A stretch of 64,000 bases of DNA. Origin: Octopus sinensis. Lineage: Eukaryota. Positions within the stretch are counted from its first letter, which is position 1, and each line of letters begins with the position of its first letter. Shown piece after piece: positions 1 through 12,299 of the stretch. A program made the position numbers and the translations under genes. The stretch lies in contig NC_043011.1 of NCBI RefSeq assembly GCF_006345805.1, positions 60,648,464-60,712,463 of the forward strand, written 5' to 3'. Below the pieces are notes generated by a model that was not told where the DNA came from, searched no databases, and worked only from the letters and a program-made list of their open reading frames with translations.

Positions 1-372
1 GAAGTAGCTTGCTTACTATCCACATGGTTCCGGGTTCAGTCCACTGCATGGCACCATAGGCAAGTGTCTTCTATTAGAGCCTCGGGTCAACCAAAGCTTT
101 GTGAGTGGGTTTGGTAAATGGAAACTGAAAGAAGCTCATTGTATATATATGTGTGTGTGTGGTTGTAAATGTGTTTGTGTTTGTTCCCACCACCATCTCT
201 TGACAACCGATGCTGGTGTGTTTTTGTCCCCATAACTTAACGATTCGGCAACATTGACCAACAGAATAAGGTACTAGGCTTACAAAGAACAAGTCCAGGA
301 ATCGATTTCTTCAACTAAAGGCAGTGCTCCAACATGGCCGCAGTCAAATGACTGAAACAAATAAAATCATAG
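1..372 (+). mobile_element. SINE family A (tRNA-derived, CORE-like), 5' end cut by window edge
   Basis: GGTTCCGGGTTCAGTCC B-box-like head, GGCACC(A/T)TGGGCAAGTGTCTT CORE-like block, internal (TA)/(TG) microsatellite, 3' GCAGTCAAATGACTGAAACAA tail. About 20 related copies in the window. Confidence 0.85.
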
Positions 373-465
373 AAGTACACACACATACACACACAGTCAC
401 ACACACACACACATATCTATATGTATACATATTTATTTATATGTTCATGTGTGTGTGTGTGTGTA

Positions 466-795
466 TAGGAGCACTTCATTGGTCACAGCGACGAGAGTTC
501 CAGTTGATCCGATCAACGGAACAGCTTTCTCGTGGAATTAACGTGCAAGTGGCTGAGTACTCCACAGACACACGTACCCCTTTACATACTTCTCGTGAAG
601 ATCCAGCATGACATAAGATGTGACAAGGCTGGCCCCTTTGAATTACAGGTACAACTTATTTTTGCCAGTTGAGTGGACTGGAGCAACATGAAATAAAGTG
701 TCTGGCTCAAGGACATAATGCATCACCAGGAATTGAACTCACAACCTTACGATCGTGAGTCGAATGCCCTAACCACAAAGCCACGCACCTTCACC
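466..795 (-). mobile_element. SINE family D (tRNA-derived, CORE-like)
   Basis: Minus strand: GTGAAGGTGCGTGGCTTTGTGGTTAGGGC A-box, GTGAGTTCAATTCC B-box, then TGTCCTTGAGCCAGACACTTTATTTCA. Relatives at 15.3, 15.9, 23.6, 54.6 and 58.3 kb. Confidence 0.85.
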
Positions 796-964
796 GTGTG
801 TGTATATACATAGGTATGGTGATGCAGACAGGAAAAATAGAAGTGCAAATAGTAGGAGTGTACAGTTTTATTAATATTTATCAGAAGCAATGGAGTGACA
901 CAAGGGACAAGAGTTTTCTGTGCAGTGGCACAACACACAAGGCTCTTGGCTCTTAAGTCATGCT

Positions 965-1505
965 ATTGCTTCTGCTGATAGGGGGGAGGGGAGGAGGCAG
1001 AGAGGGGGAGATAGAGAGAGAGACAGGAGAGAGGGGGAGATGGGGGAGAAGGAGAGGAGAGAGGGGATAGAGAGGAGTGACGGAGAGAGAGGGGGAAAAG
1101 AGAGAGAGGCAGAGAGGGGGAGATAGAGAGAGGAGACAGGAGAGAGAGGGAAGGGAGGAAGGGGTGAGAGGGGATAGAGAGGAGTGACGGAGAGAGAGAA
1201 GAGAGAGGAGGGGGGGATAGAGAGGAGTGAGAGAGAGAAAAAGGGGGAAAAGAGAGAGAGAGAGAGGCAGAGAGGGGGAGATAGAGAGAGGACACAGGAG
1301 AGAGGGGGAGAGGTGGGAGAAGGAGGGGAGAGAGGGGATAGAGAGGAGTGACGGAGAGAGAGGGGGAAAAGAGAGAGAGGCAGAGAGGGGGAGATAGAGA
1401 GAGGAGACAGGAGAGAGAGGGAAGGGAGGAAGGGGTGAGAGGGGATAGAGAGGAGTGAGAGAGAGAGAGGGGGGAACAGAGAGAGAGAGTGAAAGAGAGA
1501 GAATA
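965..1505. repeat. Purine-rich (GA) minisatellite with higher-order repeat
   Basis: Almost pure A/G on the + strand; a block of about 115 nt (GAGGAGTGACGGAGAGAG...GGGGATAGAGAGGAGTGA) recurs at about 1070 and 1342. Confidence 0.9.
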
Positions 1506-2429
1506 AACAATGAAATATGTTTGTGTGTATGTGAAGACTCCTATCTAAGCATAGACACAATTCTCAAGATGTTTTTGCTCTTCTCATTCGAGAGAAAGAT
1601 ATTCCACTTGACCGTTTAATCTACTGCATACATTATGCATTCAGTTCAGAAATGACAACCACCCCTCCACAAAAAAAAAAAAAACTGCCAAAAACCATTT
1701 ATAATAATCACTTTACACGCACCTAACAACAAATATGAAAAGTTAAAACATCTACATTGCAACACATTTAATAGTTTGTTAGAGAGAACAGGATATCCAA
1801 TTAGAAATATAAACCATTTCATATTCCCGGTAGCACCACCACACACATACATAATGTGTTTCACGTGTAATACCAATCAGTACCCAGCACCCACAGGAAG
1901 AAATGTTCAGAACTCAGATTTACTCTCTTCAAACACACTACAACCCTCTCCACCAACCAAGTTTTCAAATGTTCTTTCTGTTTAACTAAGAAAAACGAAA
2001 GATTGCAACATAATTGCTCAAGGGCCCTCAATATTGTGCATTCAAGAAATTCGAGGATTTGATGTAATTAAAATGTAATTATATCTTTTAACCTTATTTA
2101 TTGGCAAGTAGATTGTAATTCCTTAGACTGTTAACCTTTACTTTATATAATGAAAACATCATAACTGTTTCAATGTGCACTTTTCCATTCTATGCTTGCA
2201 TGGGTCAGAGGAAATTTATTGATACAGTTTCCTATGGTTAAACGTTCTTTCTGTTGCCTCACATGAATCCAAGCAACGTAGCATCTCCTCTCATCCTTTG
2301 AACTCTGCAGACAAACAACACTGCAGTTTTAATTGCTAATGTTTATTTAAACACACATGCCAGCGCCACCTTGGCTGGCTTCCGTGCCGGTGGCACGTAA
2401 AAAGCACCAATCCAATTGTGGCCATTGTG

Positions 2430-2782
2430 TGCACAGTCTGTGACAGACCAGGCCTGTCTTTTACTGGCATCAAATTTCTTCTGCAAACGCATGGAAAACG
2501 AACCTCCACCAACTATTTTGCCAATATATGTCTGTGCACACCTTTGAATGCAGTGTATGCCAGAAGGTTTGCAAATCCAACAGTGGCCTCAAAAGACATT
2601 TTAAGATCCACAAAGAGCAGAACTTATCTGCACCACTTGGTGGTCCAAATCGGAGGTGCAATCTATATGGGTGTCTTTTCAGAACATTGTCTGCTTTAAG
2701 AAGCCACATCAGATGCCATGATGGTTCTAAGGTGTAGGTACAGGAGGTGGTCAAACTCTGCATAAGGAGTAGACAACCACCA
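2430..2782 (+). pseudogene. Degenerate tandem C2H2 zinc-finger fragment, probably the 3' end of an RTE-like LINE
   Basis: ORF 2528-2737 has C-x2-C-x12-H-x3-H (CSVCQKVCKSNSGLKRHFKIH) and a second finger with C>Y (CNLYGCLFRTLSALRSHIRCH). No TGEKPY linker. A short tail ends in (TA)n at 2782. The LINE assignment is inference. Confidence 0.5.
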
Positions 2783-2982
2783 TATATATATATATAGAGA
2801 GAGAGTAATTCAACCATGAATTTGCATGTTTTTTTTTTATATTGCTGTACGAAACGAGTGTCTGCATTAATTAAAATTCTCTGATATATTTTAGCAGCTT
2901 CTCCATTTTTAACAAAACTGTTGAGTTTTATGGGATTTCTTTCCATAAATTAACAACACATCAGATACAAGTATATATATAT

Positions 2983-3390
2983 AGTGGTTGTGTGGTAAGT
3001 AGCTTGCTTACAAACTACATGGTTCCGGGTTCAGTCCCACTGTGTGGCACCTTGGGCAAGTGTCTTCTACTATAGCTTCGGGCCAACCAAAGCATTGCAA
3101 GTGGATTTGGTAGATGGAAACTGAAAGGAGCCCGTCATATATATATATAAATATATATGTATGTGTGTATATGTTTGTGTGTCTGTGCTTGTTGCTCCAA
3201 CATTGCTTGACAACCGATGCTGGTGTGATCATGTCCCCGTAACTTAGTGGTTCGGCAAATATGACTGATAGAATAAGCACAAGGCTTACAAAGAATAAGT
3301 CCTGGGGTTGATGTGCTCAACTAAAGATGGTGCTCCAGCATGGCCACAGTCAAATGACTGAAACAAGTAAGAGAGTAAAAGAGTAAAGAG
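2983..3390 (+). mobile_element. SINE family A, full length
   Basis: GTGGTTGTGTGGTAAGTAGCTTGC head through GAGTAAAAGAGTAAAGAG tail. Confidence 0.9.
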
Positions 3391-3405
3391 TATATATACA
3401 TATAT

Positions 3406-3639
3406 AAACAATTGCAGTGTGGAAGGTGTTCTGTGCAGCACGGAATTTCGTCAATGAACAGGTCGTGGTCTCAAAACGACAAAAATATTTTGGCAAATTA
3501 AATTTAAATGTTGAAGTGAATCTAACGGCTTTTGTGTGCTTCTTAAATGGCTTATAAACACCTTCCACACAGCAATTGTTTTTTTGTTCCAGCACACGAT
3601 CTCAGATCAGGTCACTTGCTATGCAAGTACATCTCCGTA
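3406..3639. mobile_element. Fold-back element family E (one arm internally deleted)
   Basis: AACAATTGCAGTGTGGAAGGTGTT...AACACCTTCCACACAGCAATTGTT inverted repeat plus a unique tail ending ACATCTCCGTA; flanked by (TA)n. Confidence 0.8.
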
Positions 3640-5013
3640 ATATATATATATATATATGATGCTCGTGAAGACCTGTGAAGCCAAGTGAAATTCTTTTCTC
3701 AGATATTCCTGGGAATTGATGGAGCTGCTGCTATAATAGGGATAACTGAGGAAGGAATTTTATTCTGAAATATATTCAGACTATGGATGGTTAAATTACA
3801 ACAGGTATACACAGCCCATTGTTTGTATTCTAGTGCATTGTTGTACCATTCAAAACTTTTTATTCTTTACAAACAATACACAACGCTTCAAGCAAACTAC
3901 AATACTCTCCTATATAATATATATGTATATATATAATATATATGTATATATATATATATATTTGTGCTTGTGTGACTGTGTACAAGAGATATGGGCAGTG
4001 TATTTGTGAGTGTAAGAGTGTTTGGTGAGATTAACAGTGTGTGTGTGTGTGAGAGAGACAGTGTCTGGTGTAGGTTGATAGACTACCATACATTTTGTGT
4101 CTAACAAGAGCACTCACAGGACATTAATTAGCCCAACACTACAAGAGAAGAAAATACTTGCTCAAGGTGCTATGTTGCGAGAGAGAACTCAAGACCATGT
4201 GGAAACAAGGTAAACTCTCAATCTTTGTATCTACACAGCCACATAAGTTTAATAATTCCTTGCTTATAAATTAATGAAAACTAATCTAGAACAGGATAAA
4301 TATTTTGACTTTTTGTTTCTCCTTTAGTTTTCTGGCTTAATATTTTCACCCTCCACTTATACCGCGAATATTTCTTTCAGATGTATGTCTTCGGCAAAAT
4401 GAAATCTAACATTTAAGAAGCTTAGCTTGTAAAAAGAAATAATAAATTTCCTTAAAAATAATCTCTGTTTGTATTTGGTTTTCCTACTCAAGAAATGGCA
4501 CAGATTGACTTACAGCATCTGCTGACAGTATCATTACCGTTTCAAAAGTCAAAAGAGCAACACATTAAGTTGTATTATACAACTATTTAGCTTCTGTCGC
4601 ACAAGTTTGCAGGAAGAAGGAATAAGAAGTTAAAAATAAGCATTTACAAGTATTCAGAAATGTAATATAAATAGTCTAAGAACAGCAATAACAACAACTT
4701 CAACGATAAAAAGAATAATAATGATAATAATGACGATTGCTTTCCAACATGTCCCACACAGTTCATCAACAATTCGCACAATGCAAATTCTAAGCAGATA
4801 CCACCCACTAATATTATACAAGCGATACAGTATTTATTCTATGCAATCATCAGCCGATGTTACAATACAAAGCACCAATCACACAGCATGCAGGAATAAG
4901 AATCACCACCCAGAAAGTGAAAAGGAATATATATATAGGATTAATATATATATATATATGTATATATAGAAATACAAATATATATATATATGATATATAT
5001 ATAGGATTAATAT

Positions 5014-5089
<76 letters not shown>

Positions 5090-5094
5090 ATTAA

Positions 5095-6287
5095 TCTTTA
5101 TATATATAAAACTGAGAATGTGTGTCTGTCTGTCTGTTTGTCTGTCTGTGTGTGAATCGCTAAAACTTGAGAACTACACAACCAATTTCATTCAAATTTT
5201 ACACATGCCTTACTTAGGGTCCGAGGAGTGTCATCGGCAAAAACAATTTTGAACTTCTTGCCTAGGGCGAGCCCACAGCAATATCATATCTTCTCCACTA
5301 CGATTCCCTAAAACTTGAGAACTACACAACCAATTCCATTCAAATTTTACACATGCCTTACTTAGGGTCTATGTAGTTTTGTGGGCAAAAAAATGTTCAA
5401 CTTCTTGCCTAGAACGAGCCCATAGCAATATCATATCTTCTCCACTATTTCAGTATTACGTGTTAAAAGTGAAACAAAAACATTTCTCTATTTTATGTCA
5501 GATACTTTCACTTTAACAATAAAAATAACAATAACAATTGAATTATATGTAGTAAGTAATAATTAAAATCAAACTAAATTAACATAACAAAAGTAAAAAT
5601 AGCAATTGGTATAAAATTGCATCAATGATTTGAACTTGAATAAGTGGTTTCACATGAATGGGAATAAATTAAAAATAAAATTAGCGTGCAGAAATGGAAT
5701 AGTCCAGATGGATAATAAAAAATTAAATTAAAGAAAAGATTATTGTCTATAAAGTATACAATGTAGAGAAAAAAGAAGATTTGAACACATTGAGGAAAGC
5801 ACCTTCGAAAAGTGTCTTGGTATGACTATGAAAGGTATCTAATCAGAGGCGGTAAATTCGCCACAATAGAAGCAAGGTTCGAGTCAATGGAGCGTGCAAG
5901 GGAGTACTCGACTTGAACTTGCAAAGTGGAAATATTTTATTTTTACTTTTATATCTGGGACGTAGGACATCCCGGAAAAACATTTAAAATGCCCCCCCAC
6001 CCTCACACACCCCGAGAAGTAGAGGTAGGCTGGATTGTAGCCACACTTCTATACAAGAGGGAGGACAAGATACAATTGATCGAAATTACAAGAGACGGGC
6101 TAACAATTCCAGTCTGTTATATATTTTGAGTATTGTTATCACTAGCGATATCAAGATATAACTTTGTATTTTGTATTTTAAGTGTAGATGTATATATATA
6201 GATGTACATGTAATATGTACACATATATATATGCATATATACATGCACTAGCACTATGACCCGGCAACGACGGGTCTTTAATGCTAG
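5095..6287 (+). mobile_element. Non-autonomous Helitron
   Basis: Canonical ends: A|TC at 5094/5095 followed by TATATAAAACTGAG and (TGTC)n; 3' hairpin GACCCG-GCAACGA-CGGGTC (6258-6276), then CTAG|T at 6284-6288. Internal 148-bp tandem duplication (units start 5160 and 5308). Confidence 0.8.
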
Positions 6288-6433
6288 TATATATATATAT
6301 ATATATATATATAGATATATATATATATAAATACAAATATATATAAATATAATATATAAAATATAATATATAAATATTATATAAATATAATATATGATTT
6401 AGATGTATTTCTCCATTTTCTTATTTTGTATAA

Positions 6434-6489
<56 letters not shown>

Positions 6490-7090
6490 TTAATATTCCC
6501 TCATATAATTATTATATGTATATATATATATAATACAAATAATGCAGCGTATATGTTCTAAATAATAACCACCTGACACTAAAATATCTAACAGCAACCA
6601 CCAACAGAGCACCTACTTTACACAATAACCAGCCTGACACTAAAAACATGTAGTACCAAACGCATGCCACATGTGAAATACAATCACCTCAAAGCAGAAA
6701 ATAACATGAGTTACATTGCATGTACTTTACACAGCAAACAGGCAAAACAGTAAACTAACACCAGAGACAACAAAATAAAAACCAGCATCAAAGTGAGACA
6801 GATTTAACCATTCCGCATTCTCAAAAGACAATGCAGTTATACACACCTTGGTAACATGGAGGTGAAGTTAGTAAAAACTCACATCAAATTTGATAATAAT
6901 GATTTCAAATTTTGGCACAAGGCCAGTAATTCAAAGGAAAGGGGTCAGTCAATTATATTGACCCCAGTATTGGAAGGGGTACTTATTTTATTGACCCTGA
7001 AATGATGAAATGCAAGGGTGCCCTTGAATAATAATATTAGTAGTAGTAGTAATAATAATAATAATAATGATGATAATAATAATAATAATA

Positions 7091-7308
7091 GCTTTTATAG
7101 TTTTGTTAGTATGTACGGGGAAGTCCCATAGAATCGACACATTTTCTCCCTCAATCACAGCTTCAGGATGGTGTTTATACCATTTGTCAGCAGTTTTGAT
7201 TTTATAATGCCAACATATTGTCCAGTGTAAATACTGGCCAACTCTGTCATGCCTTGCTTTATATTCTACAGGTGCTAAGACTCTACACCCTGAGATTAGG
7301 TGGTCTAT
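7091..7308 (-). pseudogene. R4/Dong-clade non-LTR retrotransposon fragment (zinc-knuckle region)
   Basis: Minus strand translates (one frameshift) IDHLISGCRVLAPVEYKARHDRVGQYLHWTICWHYK..DKWYKHHPEAVIEGENVSILWDFPVHTNKTIKA. Homologous to 8140-8400; (AAT)n on both sides. Confidence 0.85.
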
Positions 7309-7327
7309 AATAATAATAATAATAATG

Positions 7328-7360
<33 letters not shown>

Positions 7361-7361
<1 letters not shown>

Positions 7362-8883
7362 GGCATTCAGAGATGAAGGAAAGGATCAGGAGAGAATGCT
7401 ATCGAAGAGTGAGAGCAATACTCAAGACAGAGCTGAATGCAAGAAACAGGATCGAAGCAATCAATGCATTAGCTATACCAGTCGTGACTTACAGTTTCAA
7501 TATTGTTAACTGGTCAATTACTGAAATATGTCAGCTCGACAGAAAAATAAGGAAACTGTTGACAATGCATAGAATGCACCACCCTAAGGCAGATACAGAA
7601 CGACTCTATCTGCAAGAAAAGAGGGAGGCCGTGGTCTTTTGCAACTGGCAATAACAATGAAGATGCTACAATTGGCCTAGACACCTACCTGAAAAACTCT
7701 GAGGACTGGATGTTAAAACTTGTCTCAAAACATGAAAACAAGAAAGCATCATACTCAGTCACAAAACAGGCAAAGGAATATCAGTAAATTCCGAATACAA
7801 CCAATTTCGGAATTAGAGATAGACATACAAGAAACAAGCACAGAAAAAGCTAGGCGGATGAAAACCCGTGCCAAAACTGCGGCCTTAGATATTCTGAATA
7901 ATAAATGGCAAGAAAACCTCTCTATGGCAAATACCCAAAGAGAGCGAATAATGCAGATATCGACAAAGCCTGACCCATCAATGGCTAATGGCCTCTGGCT
8001 TAAAATCTGAAACAGAGGGGTTTATCATAGCAGCTCAAGATCAATGCCTACCAACAAGAAACTACCAGGCCAACATATTAAAGATCAGAAGCAGTCCAAC
8101 GTGTCGTGTATGCAAGCAACAAAATGAAACCATTGACCAGTGGTCTCCAAGTGCAGTCTTCTAGCGCCTACAGAGTATCTCAACAGGCACGATAGAGCTG
8201 CACAATATATTCACTGGGTAATCTGTAAAAACCTGGATTTGCCCCATGAAAAAAACTGGTGGGAACACAAACCACCCCCAGTGCTTGAAAATGACCACAT
8301 CTCACTCCTCTGGAACTTCACCATTCAAACTGACAGGAAGATAGATGCAAATAGGCCAGACATCATATTGAAAGACTTCAAACAAAGAACATGCCTCCTC
8401 ATTGATATGACTGTCCAATTGATATAAACGTATCTGTCAGGACCTACCAAAAACTGAGCAAATATAAAGATCTTGAAATAGAAATCAGCAAAATGTGGAA
8501 GCTGAAGACTAAAACAATACCTGTTGTCATAGGTGCCCTGGGAATGATAGCAAAAGGGGCTGATAGCTACCTAACTCAGATACCAGGAAACCCAAAATGG
8601 CAGAAGTTCAAAAGATAGTGCTCATGGGAACTGCTCATATCCTACGCAAAATACTCTCTATGTAACCTCAAGGTTTTAAACAACCATAATTTTCGGTTTA
8701 AAAAAAAAAAAAAAAAAACTTTTTTTTTTTTTTTAAACATTCATTAGTACAACATCCCCACCCCCCAAAATATGGCACACTAGGCATAACAACAACATGA
8801 ATTCCACCCTGTTGTCTCTTGAGGTCTCTGGGTGAGACTTGGAGCCAACTTGTACAAATATAAAGCAAAAGTCAAACATAGAA
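7361..8883 (+). mobile_element. 5'-truncated R4/Dong-clade non-LTR retrotransposon (RT C-terminus, CCHC knuckle, RLE endonuclease), frameshifted
   Basis: EMKERIRRECYRRVRAILKTELNARNRIEAIN..YSFNIVNW..HHPKADTERLY; CRVCKQQNETID; HDRAAQYIHW; ANRPDIILKD..LLIDMTV (PD..D); KLSKYKDLEIEISKMWKLKTKTIPVVIGALG; GTAHILRKILSM* (stop 8663-8665). 3'UTR ends at (AAT)n; (AAT)n also on the 5' side. Confidence 0.92.
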
Positions 8884-8911
8884 TAATAATAATAATAATA
8901 ATATAATAATA

Positions 8912-9478
8912 ATAAATGCCCTGATGCAGTACCAGGCAGTGGCTCTCATGACTTCTGATCTTTTCTGATTGGAAGTGTTATCATGTACATTGTTTTGTCT
9001 TGGTATAAAAGATGGGCTACAGCAAATATTCTGCTCAATAACATTTGCTAGTCAGGTCCTTGACATAACCAGCTGAACATGTCCCTTAGTGGCTGACGAT
9101 ATGTTCATCTCTGACCATGAACAGAAGTAGTGGGGGAGCTTCATAACCATGTGCTGAGAGGAATTCTGTGGGTTTTGGATAATTCACCTCTGGAAACATG
9201 GGTTTTTCATTCCACATCCTTGAATAACTCTTATTCAGGAACCTTTTGAATGGGATATGCTACTCGACCTTAAGAAAATTCTAATTGGGGCCCACCTGCA
9301 AGGTCATGTGCTGTTTATTTTGATATGAGATCACCATGTCAAGCACTTACAATTGAGATGCATGTGCTTGGTGTACCCTTATCTGATGGGTAGTCATGAT
9401 GGGTATACTAAGCTTTGTATATTTTACCCCATTGTCACTCTGATGGCATGCACTGCTCTCACACTCAATTATAATAAT
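8912..9478. mobile_element. Unclassified ~570-bp non-coding interspersed element flanked by (AAT)n
   Basis: Runs from (AAT)n-AAATGCCCTGATGCAGTACC to GCACTGCTCTCACACTCAATT-(ATA)n. A second partial copy at about 10060-10225 ends in the same way. Confidence 0.6.
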
Positions 9479-9855
9479 AATGTGCTGGAGTCACACTGAG
9501 AAGAGGCAAATTATTCAGAACTGAAAACACTGTACTCAACATAGACACAGAAATTAGAGAATTAGACCACGGCCATCCAAACAAATATCCAGGAAGGAAA
9601 GAAACAGTTCAAATACAACACACAGAAATGAAAGAGAAAATTAGGAGAGAGTTTTATAGAAGAGTTTGACTAATATTAAACAGTGAACTTAATGCTAAAG
9701 ATAAGATAATAGGAATAAACACGCTAGCCATAAATTACAGCTTTAACATAATAAACAGGAGGATCAGTGAATTGAGAAACCTAGATAGAAAAACCAGGAG
9801 CTAACAGCATACTGAAGTCACCACCCCAAAGCAGACACAGACATAATATATATGA
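9479..9855 (+). pseudogene. R4/Dong-clade RT C-terminal fragment (older copy)
   Basis: CAGVTLRRGKLFRTENTVLNIDTEIRELDH..KYPG..IQHTEMKEKIRREFYRRV*LILNSELNAK..LDRKTR..HHPKADTD; homologous to 7361-7620. Confidence 0.8.
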
Positions 9856-9857
9856 GG

Positions 9858-10015
9858 TGGTGAGCTGGCAGAAACGTTAGCACGCCGTGGGAAATGCTTA
9901 GCGGCATTTCATCTGCCGCTGAGGTCGACTTTGCCTTTCATCCTTTCAGGGACTGACAAAATGCCACTAAGCATTTTGCCTGGCGTGCTAATGATTCTGC
10001 CAGCTCGCTGCCTTA
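9858..10015. mobile_element. Two truncated family B SINEs in inverted orientation
   Basis: GAGCTGGCAGAAACGTTAGCACGCC at about 9864 and its reverse complement GGCGTGCTAATGATTCTGCCAGCTC at about 9982. Confidence 0.7.
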
Positions 10016-11311
10016 ATAATAAAAATAATAATAATGATCCTTTCTAATGTTTTTTTTTGTTAATCTTGATATGAAGTCACCATGTCATGCACATAGGGTT
10101 GGGGTGCATATTCTGGGTGTCTCCTTATCAGATGGGCAGGCATGATGGATATATTGAGCATCATATGTTTGTACCCTTCTGGCATCACTTTGAGGGTATG
10201 TGCTGCTCTCTCACTCAACAATAATAATGATGGTCATTCCTACCGATTTTGATAGATGAGCATTTGAAGGAAAGGATGAAAAAACAAAGAAGCAAGCAAA
10301 GGATTAAGGAAGCTGCATGTATTTGTGATGGACACATGAATGTAATTTGGGTCCAAGTATAGATTTTGCAACGGAAACAATGGGATTTTGCATTGAACTG
10401 GTCTCTTCTTTAGTCCCAAGGCCAGCAATTTAGGGAAGAAGAGATTAGTAAATATCGGCAGAGGCCAAAGACAAAAGAATAAATCTGCAAAGAAATACCT
10501 TCACATCAACACCAAATCTGTAATGGAACCATGGAAGTGGCTATATAGTCACTTAACCTGCTAGAAATAGCAGCCAACCAAACTTTCCCAACATTATAAT
10601 CATTACAGCATCTTGAAAAAGGAGAAACACTTTAAATAGTCATGGATATCAATTATTACCAATGGAAGCACGTTAATACAAAAAAATAATAATAATAATC
10701 TTTATATCCAATTTAAATTGGATGCCTTATAAGAACAGCAAATACTGTGATATTAGGCTTGAGGGATCCTCTCATTTAAGCACTTGGTGCATAAAAGCAC
10801 CCATATATATCATAGCAGTTGCAATGTGTTTGTCATAGGGAGTGAAATTCCCATAACGTGTGATTCCAGTCTACTGGAACCCTCGGTAGGAAGCACCAGT
10901 CACCTCATGTCAGTCAGATCTCACTGCTATGATGTATAGTATTTCAGCATCTTTTCAGATGCTGATGTCGCAAATAGCCAGCAGGCTTATTAATAATTAA
11001 TTACTAGTGATAGAAGCAGTATTAATATGAAAAGATAATCTTTATATTCAGCTTAACATGGGTGCTTGCCTTGACACAAAGAAGAAATGTTCAAGGTTTG
11101 AATAGTCTTGACCATAGCTTTATTCAATCAAAGACGAAGCAACAATAGAACAGAGATCACATGCTTGGTGGTCACATGGTAATGATAAAAATTAATTACA
11201 GAGAGTGTTGCCAGGCGAAAACTCCGAATACAGCCAGTGTGGCCATCCATTGAGCAGATTTGCTGAAAACTGATAATTAAATAGTCACACACTGAGAAGT
11301 GAGGAGAATAA

Positions 11312-11478
11312 AAACAAGACGAAGAACACTCAGAGAGTTGCAAACCTCTGCCAAGGCAACACCAGTGTCCTCTCAACGATTAGGCAGAGACGATTTTTAA
11401 AATGAGAATATCTGAAATAAACTTGACTGCCCTCATAAATGAGAATACCAAAAATGAACCCGACTGCTCTCAAAAATT
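11312..11478 (-). mobile_element. Helentron/HINE-like element, 3' part
   Basis: Reverse complement of 20515-20675 (TTGGCAGAGGTTTGCAACTCTCTGAGTG end). Confidence 0.65.
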
Positions 11479-12299
11479 ACATTCAATCTTTCAGTTATGT
11501 TTGCCTTGAAAGAATGGAAATAATACAAAGCAGCAAGAGCTTTTTGGTGATGCAGGTGACAATGTAACCCTTATAATGCTGGTGCCATAATAAAATGCAC
11601 CTGGGAGATAGAGCAGAAAAGACACATTAAGTCCTGTTGTGGACAAGACAACAACTTCTGGTGTTGGTGCCTTGGTTAGATGTATCAATACATTCTATGA
11701 ATTGGTTGGAGATAGGAAGGACATTGAGCTGTAGAAGCTAATTAAAAATAAAACAAACAAGTGGTGTAGGCTTCCAACTCATCCATGTGGGCAATTGCTC
11801 CAAACAAAGATTGACTTGAACTGTGACAACCTATTCAACCTACATCAGTACAGAAAGCTGATGTAGAATGATGATGATGACATTTGATATAATAATCATA
11901 AGACCATTTTGATAATAAATAAATATGTTACTGGGTGGAGCAGGGTTCACTTAATTTGAAGTGTTTACTGATTAATTTCTGTAATACAGGAAAGCCTGGT
12001 CCATTACTAGTTTTCTTCAGATCTCTCATTATTGCTGGTTTCATTTATAATAGCACCATTTTCCTCAAAGATTACTCTAAAGAAAAATTATCCCATATTA
12101 AATATTAGCAATGTATTTTTCTGCCATTTCCTTGCCCCAAAATAATGTTACACATTCTATGCCCACCGTGACCCTTTGCCACTGCTGTTTTATCTCTCTT
12201 TCCAGCTACTTATATCCCTTTTTCTATAATGTAAGTAGCCATGTGACTCTTACAGCAAGAAACGTGTTCTGTTCTGGCCCCTTATTTCATACTTTAGCC

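Noticed and set aside
953-1560. Long Leu/Ser/Pro ORFs (185-200 aa)
   Set aside because: Translation of the GA-rich tract.
4857-5252. 131-aa ORF
   Set aside because: (TA)n read-through into the Helitron 5' end.
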